A stretch of DNA of 64,000 nucleotides, taken from the sequence record PQ100635.1; one strand, written 5' to 3'. Source of the stretch: Escherichia phage PNJ-9. Shown in pieces: positions 51,157-60,838 of the stretch (positions within the stretch are counted from its first letter, which is position 1; each line of letters starts with the position of its first letter). The notes below the pieces were generated by a model. That model had not been told where the DNA came from. It was given only the letters and a program-made list of their open reading frames with translations, and did not search any database. Position numbers and translations under genes: made by a program.

Positions 51157-51684
51157 ATGAACGCTAAAGATATTTTCAACCTGGTAAATTATAACGACGG
51201 TAAATTTAAATCTGAAGCACAAAGCAAGTTCTTTAATGACGTTGCTTATGGTAACGAGATTACCGTGGACGGAGGTCAGATTTTCAAATCTCGCTGGAAT
51301 TGGATTGCTATCATCGATTCAGTTGGAATTGTGGAAGTCTACAAAAACACTAACAAAAAACGTACATTATTCTGGTCTCGTGAAACTAACGAGCAGTACA
51401 AAAAGGATAAAGCATCTCGTTTATCTAAAGTAACCCAGGAAGATATCGAGTTTATCAAGAAAGATATCGAGATGTACGAAAATTTAATCGCTGAAGACCA
51501 GGCAGTACTCGATAAGTTTGATGAAATTAAAGCTTCTCGTGAAATCCCTGACTTCATGAAAGAAACAGTAAATGAACGATACGCTCTCACTTCAGAACGT
51601 ATTGCAAACTATACAAAACAGAAAGCAGAACGTATTAGTACTCTTCGGAAATTTGAAGAACGTTTAAAGACGGTTCACGCATAA
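51157..51684 (+). CDS. hypothetical protein with C-terminal coiled coil
   Basis: 175-aa ORF after an early promoter and SD GGAGG. Confidence 0.5.
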   Translation: MNAKDIFNLVNYNDGKFKSEAQSKFFNDVAYGNEITVDGGQIFKSRWNWIAIIDSVGIVEVYKNTNKKRTLFWSRETNEQYKKDKASRLSKVTQEDIEFIKKDIEMYENLIAEDQAVLDKFDEIKASREIPDFMKETVNERYALTSERIANYTKQKAERISTLRKFEERLKTVHA

Positions 51685-51746
51685 ACGCTTTACCCAAGGA
51701 CGGGTTATAATGGTTTTGAGTTCCAATTCAATCTGAGGAAATAGTT

Positions 51747-52742
51747 ATGAGCATTACATCTGATGCGGTAAAACATGAAATTAACGGTTTATGTGCTTCA
51801 CAGATTAAAGTGTGGTTTAAAGACCATAATGATCGCAGAGCACTTAATTATGAGCAAATTGCTATCCAAGTTCATCAATTACTGACTAGTAAATTTGATT
51901 TTCATATGCCGTCTGAAATCTATACTAATCTACCGCGAGCGCTTATTAAAGCGTGTAAAGGTTACGGAAAATCAATGGCCGATGGAATCTTCAGCGCGCT
52001 GAATAAACTTAACGTTCTGTCGATGATTAACTCTAACAACATCCTGCGTAATCTAGGACGTACTGATTTGTTCGGTCGGGAACAGTGTAAAATGCCTTTG
52101 AAATGGATTGTTGCTCATCTTAACGAGAACCAAACACGTTTTATGGCCGTATCAGCACGCTTACAAATGGGCCTAGATCGTCAGATGAACTTTAAAACTC
52201 ATCCACGTTATTCAGGTTCAACAGACTTTTATAAATGTGAGCTTCAAAAGGTTGCAGGTAAAACTGTCTTAGTAGTTCGTGTAACGTTTGAAGGACGACG
52301 ACAAGGATATTTTGACCTAATCGGCTCTGGTCTTAAACATTGCGGATTTATTGACGAAGTTGATATCAAGCGAGACAGCATTGGATACCGTATTGGATAT
52401 GTTTGTACTCTTAAAGAAGAGATTTCAGGACCAGTACCAGGACTAAAAGACGTTAGATATAAAGACGAGCTCGTTGAAGAAATAAAAGAAGTTGAATATG
52501 ATATCAACCAAGAAGATGCTCTTAAAGACCTTATTGATGAACTGAACCAAGACGTTATTCCGGTTCAGAAATTTGAATCAAAACATGCTGAGCAAATCAA
52601 ATACTTTGAAGCTTTGATTAACGAACTTAATGTAACTATTCAACAGACTGACGATGAAATCTCGCGATTAGCAGGCTTAAACGGTAAAAATAAAACAGAA
52701 CGAGCTAATCTTATTCAGGTAGTAAAACTTCTTAAGGAATGA
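51747..52742 (+). CDS. hypothetical protein with C-terminal coiled coil (first of three)
   Basis: 331-aa ORF; about 230-aa globular region, then heptad-like Glu/Lys-rich tail. Confidence 0.5.
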   Translation: MSITSDAVKHEINGLCASQIKVWFKDHNDRRALNYEQIAIQVHQLLTSKFDFHMPSEIYTNLPRALIKACKGYGKSMADGIFSALNKLNVLSMINSNNILRNLGRTDLFGREQCKMPLKWIVAHLNENQTRFMAVSARLQMGLDRQMNFKTHPRYSGSTDFYKCELQKVAGKTVLVVRVTFEGRRQGYFDLIGSGLKHCGFIDEVDIKRDSIGYRIGYVCTLKEEISGPVPGLKDVRYKDELVEEIKEVEYDINQEDALKDLIDELNQDVIPVQKFESKHAEQIKYFEALINELNVTIQQTDDEISRLAGLNGKNKTERANLIQVVKLLKE

Positions 52743-52771
52743 TGTACAACCAAGGATGGTTGGAGTATAAT
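52743..52771 (+). promoter_or_regulatory. T4-type early promoter (copy A)
   Basis: TGTACA 52743-52748, 17-nt spacer, TATAAT 52766-52771; 26 nt ACAACCAAGGATGGTTGGAGTATAAT identical to copy B. Confidence 0.55.
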
Positions 52772-52797
52772 AAATTTTTCAACATGAGGAATATAAA

Positions 52798-53757
52798 ATG
52801 GCTTCTATTACACGTAGAGAACTTATCAAAGAATTTACCTCGAACGCATATACCCCAGGACCTAATCCTATCCGTATGCCTGTAAAGACTCCTGAAGAGA
52901 TTGAGGAAATCTGTTCATATTATGGGATTAATTCTCGTAAGTTTACTCAATTTGAATGCGTTACTAACACACCCGTTAAAGAGTTCATTAAAAATGGTGA
53001 GTTCAGCCGTTTATTGGCCAAACAGAAACTTCGTAATTTTTGTATCGGCGGCAACGGACAATATTTTGCTAAACAGTTCAGAAATAACCTTAACAATCTG
53101 ATGGCCATTGCTTCTCGTATTCGTCCTCAAGCAATTAACATGAAACATTTGAAATATACTTACGATAAGTTAGAAATCATGGTTATCAGTGAGAACGAGT
53201 TCACTCTTACGTATAAACCTAAGAATGATAACGTTGCTCGTGTATTCCACCAAGCGTTGGAAGTTTTAGGTGATAATATCCACCAGATTAAAGCAATTTA
53301 TTCTCGTGAGCTTAATATTATCAACCCTATCAAGAATAAGGGCCATATCGCTATCCAGGCTCGTGTATCTGTTGGTAAAAAGGTTCCTGCGCCATGGTGG
53401 CACAAAGACTCTGAATACTATCAAAATCTTAAAAAGGAAAATGCAACGTTCGAAGCATCGCTTACTGGGACCCCAATTGAACAGGCCGAAGTCCTAAGTG
53501 CTTATTCTACTTCGGGTAAATCAATGTTTAAAGGTTTGCCAAATGTGTGCAAACTGTCTGCAGTAAAACTAAATGTTTCTAATGACCTTCTTCCGGCCGA
53601 AGATTACCATTACAATCAAATCAAGGCCACTATGGACCAACTGTCTGTTGAACTTGACAAAGCACAAGCTAAGCTTCGTGATGCTCAAAGTGTTGTAACG
53701 AATCTCCAGTTGCAGTATTCTAAACTTTTTAACGCAATGAATGCATTAAAATCATAA
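52798..53757 (+). CDS. hypothetical protein with C-terminal coiled coil (second of three)
   Basis: 319-aa ORF with the same architecture as its neighbours. Confidence 0.5.
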   Translation: MASITRRELIKEFTSNAYTPGPNPIRMPVKTPEEIEEICSYYGINSRKFTQFECVTNTPVKEFIKNGEFSRLLAKQKLRNFCIGGNGQYFAKQFRNNLNNLMAIASRIRPQAINMKHLKYTYDKLEIMVISENEFTLTYKPKNDNVARVFHQALEVLGDNIHQIKAIYSRELNIINPIKNKGHIAIQARVSVGKKVPAPWWHKDSEYYQNLKKENATFEASLTGTPIEQAEVLSAYSTSGKSMFKGLPNVCKLSAVKLNVSNDLLPAEDYHYNQIKATMDQLSVELDKAQAKLRDAQSVVTNLQLQYSKLFNAMNALKS

Positions 53758-53761
53758 ATCA

Positions 53762-53791
53762 GTTTACAACCAAGGATGGTTGGAGTATAAT
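53762..53791 (+). promoter_or_regulatory. T4-type early promoter (copy B)
   Basis: GTTTAC 53762-53767, TATAAT 53786-53791; duplicated core shared with copy A. Confidence 0.55.
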
Positions 53792-53819
53792 GAATCTATC
53801 TTAACGAGAGGAAAATATT

Positions 53820-54770
53820 ATGACACGTTCACATTACATTGATTATTTTGCAGGTCTTATCGCTAATGTTCATGCCCAACGTGCTTCTGGTTCATTAGGA
53901 TTTGATGTTCCACACCGAGATGTAGTAAGTGGTATTCTTCGCGATTTTGGTACATATACCGGCCAAGAAAATCATATCTGTAAAGATACTCAAAATGCGT
54001 ATTCTCATTCATTAGGGACACTGCTTCAATGGTTCAAACGTTCTCGTTTATTATCTTCTACTGTAGCTCGCGATAACATTAAAAACTTTATGAAGCCGAG
54101 CTTTATTAAATCTGTGACATCTAAAACCGATTTGGTTGAATTCACTATTGTTAATGATGTTAAAAAGACTCATTTGGCTGATTGGTTATCTACCATTCCT
54201 GAAACTAAATTTGCTGATAAATTTGCTTGTGAATTCAATAACCAAGTGAATATGCTTTTTAAACATTCTCGTAAATTATTCACAGGTGGCGATGATCGTA
54301 CAAATACAGTTCATGTTAAAGATTGGGTTACTGCAGTATTCAAACCAACCGGTAATGGTAACGCATCATTATCAATTGATATCCAGGTTCCTTATTACTA
54401 CTCACGTAATCTCGGTACCATGAAAGCCGAAGAAATTAATAAGCACAACAAAACCATTCGTTCGCTGTCTTATAAACTTCGCATGATGTTAAGAATCATG
54501 GACGTGGTAGAAATGTATGATGAAACCGAAGATAACGGTTCGATGTTATTCAGTTCTCGTATTCAAATTAAGCTGAAGAATCCTAACGAGTATAAGCCTA
54601 AGCCTATTAAAGAACCTAAAGCAGAAAAGGTTGATATCATGGCTGAAGAACGTGAGTACCTCAAATCTCGTCTGAAAGAAGTCGAAGCCCAGATTGCAGA
54701 ACAAACTAAATCGTTAAAAGCTCTGAATGCGAAAGCGGACGGTTTACGAAATGCCATTGAGGTTTTATAA
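53820..54770 (+). CDS. hypothetical protein with C-terminal coiled coil (third of three)
   Basis: 316-aa ORF; C-terminal EEREYLKSRLKEVEAQIAEQTKSLKALNAKADGLRNAIEVL helix. Confidence 0.5.
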   Translation: MTRSHYIDYFAGLIANVHAQRASGSLGFDVPHRDVVSGILRDFGTYTGQENHICKDTQNAYSHSLGTLLQWFKRSRLLSSTVARDNIKNFMKPSFIKSVTSKTDLVEFTIVNDVKKTHLADWLSTIPETKFADKFACEFNNQVNMLFKHSRKLFTGGDDRTNTVHVKDWVTAVFKPTGNGNASLSIDIQVPYYYSRNLGTMKAEEINKHNKTIRSLSYKLRMMLRIMDVVEMYDETEDNGSMLFSSRIQIKLKNPNEYKPKPIKEPKAEKVDIMAEEREYLKSRLKEVEAQIAEQTKSLKALNAKADGLRNAIEVL

Positions 54771-55075
54771 TGAAACTACGTCTTTTAGAGGATATTGATA
54801 TGAGCACTAATCACGGCTTGGTTAAGTTTATTGACGATAGTTCAAAGATTGAATTTGTTCAGCGAGATAAAATCCACGGTGAAGAAGAGTTCGTTCCTCC
54901 AGCATGGAACGAAATCATGAAAATGGTTGAACGACGTGAAAATGCTGCCAAATCGGCAGCAAAACATCCATGTCCGGAATGTGGAACTATCCAAGTCCAA
55001 CTGGTTAACTGGACCACTGATAACTTGAAATTGAAATGCCGTAAATGCTTCCACAAATTTGAGAGAACATTATAA
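54770..55075 (+). CDS. zinc-ribbon protein
   Basis: 101-aa ORF with CPECG...CRKC four-Cys motif. Confidence 0.5.
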   Translation: MKLRLLEDIDMSTNHGLVKFIDDSSKIEFVQRDKIHGEEEFVPPAWNEIMKMVERRENAAKSAAKHPCPECGTIQVQLVNWTTDNLKLKCRKCFHKFERTL

Positions 55076-55488
55076 TGAGATATAGCCTTCGTTGTTTTAT
55101 CGCAGCTTTAGTTTTTGCTATTATTCCATTCATTTGGAACAGCCAGAATACTTACATGGAAACTAAAGTAATTCCTGTGGAGGTAGTGGAATTAATCTCA
55201 GGCCAATCTACAGGAAAATATTCTAAATTGGAATTTATTGCAGTTTATAAAGATGAACAAGGTCGAGTTTTTGACAGGCATGTATCACCGTCGTTTTATA
55301 CGCTTCTGAATAAAGGTGATACGATAGCTATAGAAATTCGTGAGATGGATATCAAACAAACTACTAAAGATAACTTGATTTGGTTCTTTGGTACAGTGTT
55401 GTTGGTTTCTATCTGTATCACAGGTTTTATTACATGTATTGTATTTGGCATTGCATATTTAATCGATGAAAGGAAAAATAATGTTTAA
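55075..55488 (+). CDS. membrane protein
   Basis: 137-aa ORF with N- and C-terminal hydrophobic helices. Confidence 0.5.
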   Translation: MRYSLRCFIAALVFAIIPFIWNSQNTYMETKVIPVEVVELISGQSTGKYSKLEFIAVYKDEQGRVFDRHVSPSFYTLLNKGDTIAIEIREMDIKQTTKDNLIWFFGTVLLVSICITGFITCIVFGIAYLIDERKNNV

Positions 55489-55744
55489 AGTGTACGGGTA
55501 CGACTCTACTATTCATAAATGCATTTATTGCGATAATGCGAAACGATTGCTGACTGTTAAGAAACAGCCATTCGAATTCATTAATGTTATGCCAGAAAAA
55601 GGTGTTTTTGATGATGAGAAAATTGCTGAGCTTCTGGTTAAGCTTGGACGTGAATCACAAGTCGGATTGACTATGCCTCAAGTGTTTGCTCCTGATGGAA
55701 CTTCGATCGGTGGCTTTGACCAACTACGAGAATATTTTAAATGA
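55481..55744 (+). CDS. nrdC: thioredoxin/glutaredoxin NrdC
   Basis: 87 aa MFKVYGYDSTIHKCIYCDNAKRLL...; CIYC redox motif; matches T4 NrdC as recalled. Confidence 0.85.
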   Translation: MFKVYGYDSTIHKCIYCDNAKRLLTVKKQPFEFINVMPEKGVFDDEKIAELLVKLGRESQVGLTMPQVFAPDGTSIGGFDQLREYFK

Positions 55745-56097
55745 CATATTCATTAAATCTTAAAGATTTCCAAGATGTATACGAAGTTTGTGCCAATGAA
55801 CTTGGTCCTGATGCTCCAACTATTATTGAAGTTTTAAATGTGCTCCCTTCATCATTAGCTTACGAAGCCAAATCATGGGGTTGGAACGACACTGTCGTTC
55901 GTGATGACCTTTACGTCCTGATGAACGATATGATGCTTAAAAAGGCAGAACCGGTTGCACCAATGGTTACCATTACCGTTGAAGAATATAATCGCCTGCA
56001 AGCCATTGAAGAGCTTCTGTGGAACATTGAATGTGACCTGCCATCCGGACTAGAATCCTGGATTGATTATGAAGAGCTCAATAAACTCCGGGGTTAA
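55741..56097 (+). CDS. hypothetical acidic protein
   Basis: 118-aa ORF overlapping the nrdC stop. Confidence 0.5.
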   Translation: MTYSLNLKDFQDVYEVCANELGPDAPTIIEVLNVLPSSLAYEAKSWGWNDTVVRDDLYVLMNDMMLKKAEPVAPMVTITVEEYNRLQAIEELLWNIECDLPSGLESWIDYEELNKLRG

Positions 56098-56225
56098 ACC
56101 GTGGTATTCGGCTCGATGGGAGACAGTCGAGCCAGACGTCGAAACAGTTTACAATGACGAAGAAACGTGTTATGATGAACCTTCAATAAATGAATTAATT
56201 GATATGGAAATGGGAAGAGATTATT

Positions 56226-56396
56226 ATGCAAGTTAAATTATTGTACCGTTTATTAAAAAATGGCAAGCATGATTGGTATTTGCTTATTAAAACCGATCCG
56301 AATTTTTTCTCTGGACAACCATTTACAGTTCGTCCTACTAAACGTCAGCTTCGCAAAGCTAAACGTTCCCATCGTAACTTTTATAGAGAATATTGA
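56226..56396 (+). CDS. small basic protein (RPTKR tail paralogue 1)
   Basis: 56 aa from ATG 56226; C-terminus FTVRPTKRQLRKAKRSHRNFYREY. Confidence 0.4.
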   Translation: MQVKLLYRLLKNGKHDWYLLIKTDPNFFSGQPFTVRPTKRQLRKAKRSHRNFYREY

Positions 56397-56397
56397 T

Positions 56398-56811
56398 ATG
56401 AATATTTCTGAAACTCGCGGTAAATGGTTCAAGATTGTTAAAGAAGACGAAGAACTCCAAGATAAGTTTCCTGAATTAAAGAAAGATACGATCATCAAGG
56501 TAATTGGTACTACTACCGAAGATGGTTATGGCGACCATGGCATTATCGAAGTGATGTTGAACACAGGTGAGAAACTTTGCATCTATGACCGTGATACTTC
56601 TCTTTGGTGCTTCTGGGAATCCCATTCAATAGATGAACTCGAAGAAATTGACCAAGTAGTTTGTGATGGTGGACTTGGCGAATTCGAAGGTGAACGTATT
56701 TCTTATGCTTTAGCTAAATTAGCCGCCCAAGAAAATAATGACGGTTATGAAGGTAATCTGATGCAAGCCGCAGCGGAATACATTGAATATTTAGAAAGAC
56801 GTTTAAGTTAA
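56398..56811 (+). CDS. hypothetical acidic protein
   Basis: 137 aa from ATG 56398 (MNISETRGKWFKIV...). Confidence 0.5.
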   Translation: MNISETRGKWFKIVKEDEELQDKFPELKKDTIIKVIGTTTEDGYGDHGIIEVMLNTGEKLCIYDRDTSLWCFWESHSIDELEEIDQVVCDGGLGEFEGERISYALAKLAAQENNDGYEGNLMQAAAEYIEYLERRLS

Positions 56812-56820
56812 GGGCTTATT

Positions 56821-57000
56821 ATGAAAACTGCATTATTTTTTGGCGAAAGAACAAACGGTCAAAAATCTTGGAAATTTGTTATAATTGGTGCTCCAAACAA
56901 TCCGAACATGAGGACTTCAATCATTTCGGTAACACGTCCTACTAAAAGAATGATTCGCCAATACAAACGTTTCCATCGTGACTTTTATAACATTTATTAA
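56821..57000 (+). CDS. small basic protein (RPTKR tail paralogue 2)
   Basis: 59-aa ORF (below the ORF-track cutoff); C-terminus SVTRPTKRMIRQYKRFHRDFYNIY parallels the 56226 product. Confidence 0.4.
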   Translation: MKTALFFGERTNGQKSWKFVIIGAPNNPNMRTSIISVTRPTKRMIRQYKRFHRDFYNIY

Positions 57001-57002
57001 AT

Positions 57003-57032
57003 TATAAATACCCTTATCTAATATGGTAAGGG
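57003..57032 (+). promoter_or_regulatory. T4-type late promoter (TATAAATA) plus SD-containing hairpin upstream of gene 49
   Basis: Exact TATAAATA 57003-57010; inverted repeat CCCTTA (57011-57016) / TAAGGG (57027-57032) whose downstream arm overlaps the gene 49 SD. Confidence 0.55.
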
Positions 57033-57038
57033 TTTATT

Positions 57039-57512
57039 ATGTTATTATCTGGCAAATTATACAAAGAAGAAAAACAAAAATTTTATGATGCACAGAATGG
57101 TAAGTGTCCTATTTGCCACCGTGAATTAGACCCTGATGTTCAAGGTAACCATCTTGACCACGACCACGAATTAAACGGGCCAAAAGCAGGTAGAGTTCGT
57201 GGGTTACTCTGTAATCTGTGCAACGCAGCAGAAGGCCAAATGAAGCATAAGTTCAACCGTTCCGGTCTTAAAGGACGTGATGTCGACTACCTCGAATGGC
57301 TTGAAGCTCTTCTTGCTTATTTGAAACAAGATTATTCTGATAATAATATCCATCCTAATTTTGTTCCAGACAAAACTAAAGAGTTCTCAAGACTAGGTAA
57401 AGAGGAAATGATGGCTGAGATGCTTCAAAGAGGATTTGAATATAATGAATCTGATACCAAAACACAATTAATAGCTTCATTCAAAAAGCAGCTTAGAAAG
57501 AGTTTAAAATGA
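57039..57512 (+). CDS. 49: endonuclease VII (Holliday junction resolvase) gp49
   Basis: 157-aa ORF MLLSGKLYKEEKQKFYDAQNGKCPICHRELDPDVQGNHLDHDHE...; near-identical to T4 gp49 as recalled. Confidence 0.9.
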   Translation: MLLSGKLYKEEKQKFYDAQNGKCPICHRELDPDVQGNHLDHDHELNGPKAGRVRGLLCNLCNAAEGQMKHKFNRSGLKGRDVDYLEWLEALLAYLKQDYSDNNIHPNFVPDKTKEFSRLGKEEMMAEMLQRGFEYNESDTKTQLIASFKKQLRKSLK

Positions 57513-58046
57513 AAATTGAAAAAGAAATTGAAGGATTAATTCATAAAACTAATAAAGATCTTTTGAACGAGAATGCTAATAAAGATTCTCGTGTTTTTCC
57601 AACTCAACGGGACCTTATGGCTGGTATTGTGTCTAAGCACATTGCCAAAAATACGGTCCCGTCTTTTATTATGAAAGCACATGAAAGCGGAATTATCCAT
57701 TTCCATGATATTGATTATTCTCCTGCTCTTCCATTTACTAATTGCTGTTTAGTCGATTTAAAGGGGATGCTTGAGAATGGATTTAAATTAGGCAATGCTC
57801 AAATTGAAACGCCTAAATCGATTGGTGTTGCTACTGCAATTATGGCACAAATTACTGCGCAGGTTGCTTCCCATCAATACGGTGGAACTACATTTGCGAA
57901 TGTAGATAAAGTCCTTTCTCCTTATGTTAAACGCACCTACGCAAAACATATTGAAGATGCAGAAAAATGGCAAATCTCTGATGCGTTGAATTATGCCCAA
58001 TCTAAAACAGAAAAAGATGTCTATGACGCGTTCCAGGCGTATGAGT
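57509..58046 (+). CDS. nrdD: anaerobic ribonucleoside-triphosphate reductase NrdD, exon 1
   Basis: ORF from ATG 57509; predicted 5' splice site after T58046, where exon ATGAGT pairs with the intron guide GCTCAT ending in a U-G pair; the downstream stop is intron-encoded. Confidence 0.75.
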
Positions 58047-58257
58047 TAATTTAATTCAGGCTCATGTAAAACCGGTCTAAACGGGGAACCTCTCTAGTAG
58101 ACAATCCCGTGCTAAATGTTCTTTTGAACTAAATGCCTAACGACTAACCGTGATGAATGTAGCGGTGTAGAATAGAAGCTAATGCTATTCGAAACGGCCG
58201 GCATCGAAAGATGAAGATATAGTCTAATCTGCATGGCGACATGCAGCAGTCATCTTG

Positions 58258-58265
58258 TATAAATA
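58258..58265 (+). promoter_or_regulatory. T4-type late promoter (TATAAATA) inside the intron, upstream of the endonuclease ORF
   Basis: Exact TATAAATA 30 nt upstream of ATG 58295. Confidence 0.55.
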
Positions 58266-58294
58266 AGATTATCTTATGAATACGAGGTGAAACA

Positions 58295-59065
58295 ATGAAA
58301 TGGATAAAAAGACGTTGTACTAAAATAAAAGATAAAGACGCATTTACATACTTAGTTAAGTTTTCTAATGGTGACATTTATATCGGTTATAAAAAATTTA
58401 GAACAATTAAAAACAAGCCCACAAACTGGAAAACTTACACAACGTCATCTAAGTATATAAATGAACGCTTAAAAACTGATACACCTACTAAATGGATAAT
58501 TTTAAAAACATTTGATAGTTATAAAGATGCATTAAAACATGAAGAAGAGGTCATACGTAAATATTTTTATAGCAAAAAATGTTTAAATAAATCCATAGGC
58601 GGTAAAAAGTTTTATAAGCATCCGGATACTGAAGAACATATTCAAAAATTAAGAGATGCTCATAAGGGTAAAGTGTTATCCGAATCTCATAAAAACAATA
58701 TAAAATCTTCTGTAGCTGAATATTATGCTAAAAACGGAAGATCTAAGGAACATGTGCAAAATAATATCAATAGTCGAAAAAGTAAAAAACAAGTATCGAT
58801 AAAGCTTAAAAATAAAACTTTTAGAAGTTTTAAAAAAGCAGCGGAATATTTAAATTGCACTGAAAGTGAAGTCGAAACTCATCCTCTTGTTTTGAGTATT
58901 AAGACTACTATTCATAAAGTTCCTGAATATGTGGTTGTTGACGGTATTAAGTATACGTCTTATATAGAAGCAGCTAAAGCGCTAAATTTTCATCCTAGCA
59001 CTATAAAAGAACGTTGCATATCTATGGACTATCCAAATTTTGTTGTTTCATATAAACGGGCATGA
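58295..59065 (+). CDS. intron-encoded GIY-YIG homing endonuclease (I-TevII-like)
   Basis: 256-aa basic ORF inside the intron; GIY-YIG-like motif TYLVKFSNGDIYIGYKK; position matches the T4 nrdD intron endonuclease. Confidence 0.7.
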   Translation: MKWIKRRCTKIKDKDAFTYLVKFSNGDIYIGYKKFRTIKNKPTNWKTYTTSSKYINERLKTDTPTKWIILKTFDSYKDALKHEEEVIRKYFYSKKCLNKSIGGKKFYKHPDTEEHIQKLRDAHKGKVLSESHKNNIKSSVAEYYAKNGRSKEHVQNNINSRKSKKQVSIKLKNKTFRSFKKAAEYLNCTESEVETHPLVLSIKTTIHKVPEYVVVDGIKYTSYIEAAKALNFHPSTIKERCISMDYPNFVVSYKRA

Positions 59066-59091
59066 ATTTGCGACTCATGCTGAATATAATG

Positions 59092-60371
59092 ATGAAGTAA
59101 ATACACTTTTCAGCTCTAATGGACAAACGCCTTTTGTAACAATTACATTTGGCACGGGAACTGACTGGACTGAACGAATGATTCAGAAAGCAATTCTGAA
59201 AAATCGTATTAAAGGTCTTGGCCGTGACGGGATAACTCCTATTTTCCCTAAACTTGTTATGTTCGTTGAAGAGGGTGTCAATCTTTATAAAGACGACCCG
59301 AACTACGATATTAAGCAGCTTGCTTTAGAATGCGCAAGCAAAAGAATGTATCCTGATATTATTTCAGTTAAGAACAATAAAGCTATTACTGGTTCTTCAG
59401 TTCCTGTTTCTCCGATGGGCTGTCGTAGTTTCTTGAGCGTATGGAAAGATTCGACTGGTAATGAAATTCTTGATGGACGTAATAATCTTGGTGTTGTAAC
59501 ACTGAATCTTCCTCGTATTGCATTAGATTCTTATATTGGAACACAATTCAATGAACAGAAATTTGTTGAGCTATTTAATGAACGAATGGATCTGTGTTTT
59601 GAAGCTTTGATGTGTAGAATTAGTTCTTTAAAGGGTGTTAAAGCAACTGTAGCTCCTATTCTTTACCAAGAAGGTGCATTCGGGGTTCGTCTTAAACCTG
59701 ATGACGATATAATTGAGTTATTTAAAAATGGTAGAAGTTCAGTGTCCCTAGGATACATTGGTATTCACGAATTGAATATTCTTGTCGGACGTGATATTGG
59801 ACAGGAAATTTTAACTAAAATGAATGCTCGTCTTAAGCAGTGGACTGAAAGAACCGGTTTTGCTTTTAGTTTATATTCTACTCCTGCTGAAAACCTTTGT
59901 TATCGCTTCTGTAAACTTGATACAGAAAAATATGGAAGTGTAAAAGATGTCACCGATAAAGGCTGGTACACTAACAGTTTCCACGTTTCAGTAGAAGAAA
60001 ATATTACTCCATTTGAAAAGATTTCTCGTGAAGCCCCATATCATTTCATTGCAACAGGCGGTCACATTTCTTATGTTGAACTTCCAGATATGAAAAATAA
60101 CTTAAAAGGTCTTGAGGCTGTCTGGGATTATGCTGCACAACATTTAGATTATTTTGGTGTTAATATGCCAGTAGATAAATGTTTTACATGTGGAAGTACT
60201 CATGAAATGACTCCTACTGAAAACGGATTTGTTTGTTCAGTTTGTGGAGAAAGTGATCCTAAAAAGATGAACACCATAAGAAGAACATGTGGTTATTTGG
60301 GAAATCCGAACGAACGCGGATTTAATCTCGGTAAAAATAAAGAAATCATGCATAGGGTTAAACACCAATGA
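59092..60371 (+). CDS. nrdD: anaerobic ribonucleoside-triphosphate reductase NrdD, exon 2
   Basis: Splicing 58046 to 59092 restores ...FQAYE-Y-EVNTLFSSNGQTPF...; C-terminal Zn ribbon CFTCG...CSVCG and glycyl-radical motif RRTCGYLG. Confidence 0.85.
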
Positions 60372-60838
60372 ATTATGATAGATTTTATCCTTGCGATTTT
60401 GTGAATGGCCCTGGTTGCAGGGTCGTTCTTTTCGTTACAGGTTGTTTGCATAAATGCGAAGGGTGTTATAATAAATCAACATGGAACGCTAGAAATGGTA
60501 TTCCATTCACTGGTGAAACACTAGAACAATTGATTGAATGTTTGAATAATGATTATATAGAAGGATTAACTATAACCGGAGGAGATCCTCTCTATCCTGA
60601 TAACCGAGATGTTATTCATCGCATTGCTCAAACAGTAAAAAATCTTTATCCCAATAAAAGCATTTGGTTGTGGACAGGATATAAGTTTGAAGATATTAAA
60701 CAACTAGAAATGCTTAAATATGTTGATGTTATTATTGATGGGAAGTATGAGAAAAATCTTCCGACTAAAAAGATGTGGCGAGGATCAGATAATCAGCGAC
60801 TTTGGTCAAATACCGATGGGGTGTGGAAACATGATTAA
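60368..60838 (+). CDS. nrdG: anaerobic RNR activating enzyme NrdG (radical SAM)
   Basis: 156-aa ORF with radical-SAM CxxxCxxC (GCLHKCEGC); overlaps the nrdD stop. Confidence 0.9.
   Translation: MNYDRFYPCDFVNGPGCRVVLFVTGCLHKCEGCYNKSTWNARNGIPFTGETLEQLIECLNNDYIEGLTITGGDPLYPDNRDVIHRIAQTVKNLYPNKSIWLWTGYKFEDIKQLEMLKYVDVIIDGKYEKNLPTKKMWRGSDNQRLWSNTDGVWKHD

Larger units (their letters stand above)
58047..59091 (+). mobile_element. group I self-splicing intron in nrdD with embedded homing endonuclease gene
   Basis: Core matches T4-type group I intron elements recalled from the td intron (CTAAACGGGGAACCTCTCTAGTAGACAATCCCGTGCTAAAT; AAGATATAGTCT; P8-like CTGCATGGCGACATGCAG); ends ...TAATG with terminal G at 59091. 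Confidence 0.75.

Noticed and set aside
58047-58054. C-terminal residues and stop codon of the nrdD exon 1 ORF
   Set aside because: Predicted to be intron sequence read in frame; P1 pairing places the splice site after 58046.
59040-59091. N-terminal extension MLFHINGHEFATHAEYND of the nrdD exon 2 ORF
   Set aside because: Begins at TTG and lies within the 3' end of the group I intron; the spliced junction at 59092 restores the conserved NrdD sequence.
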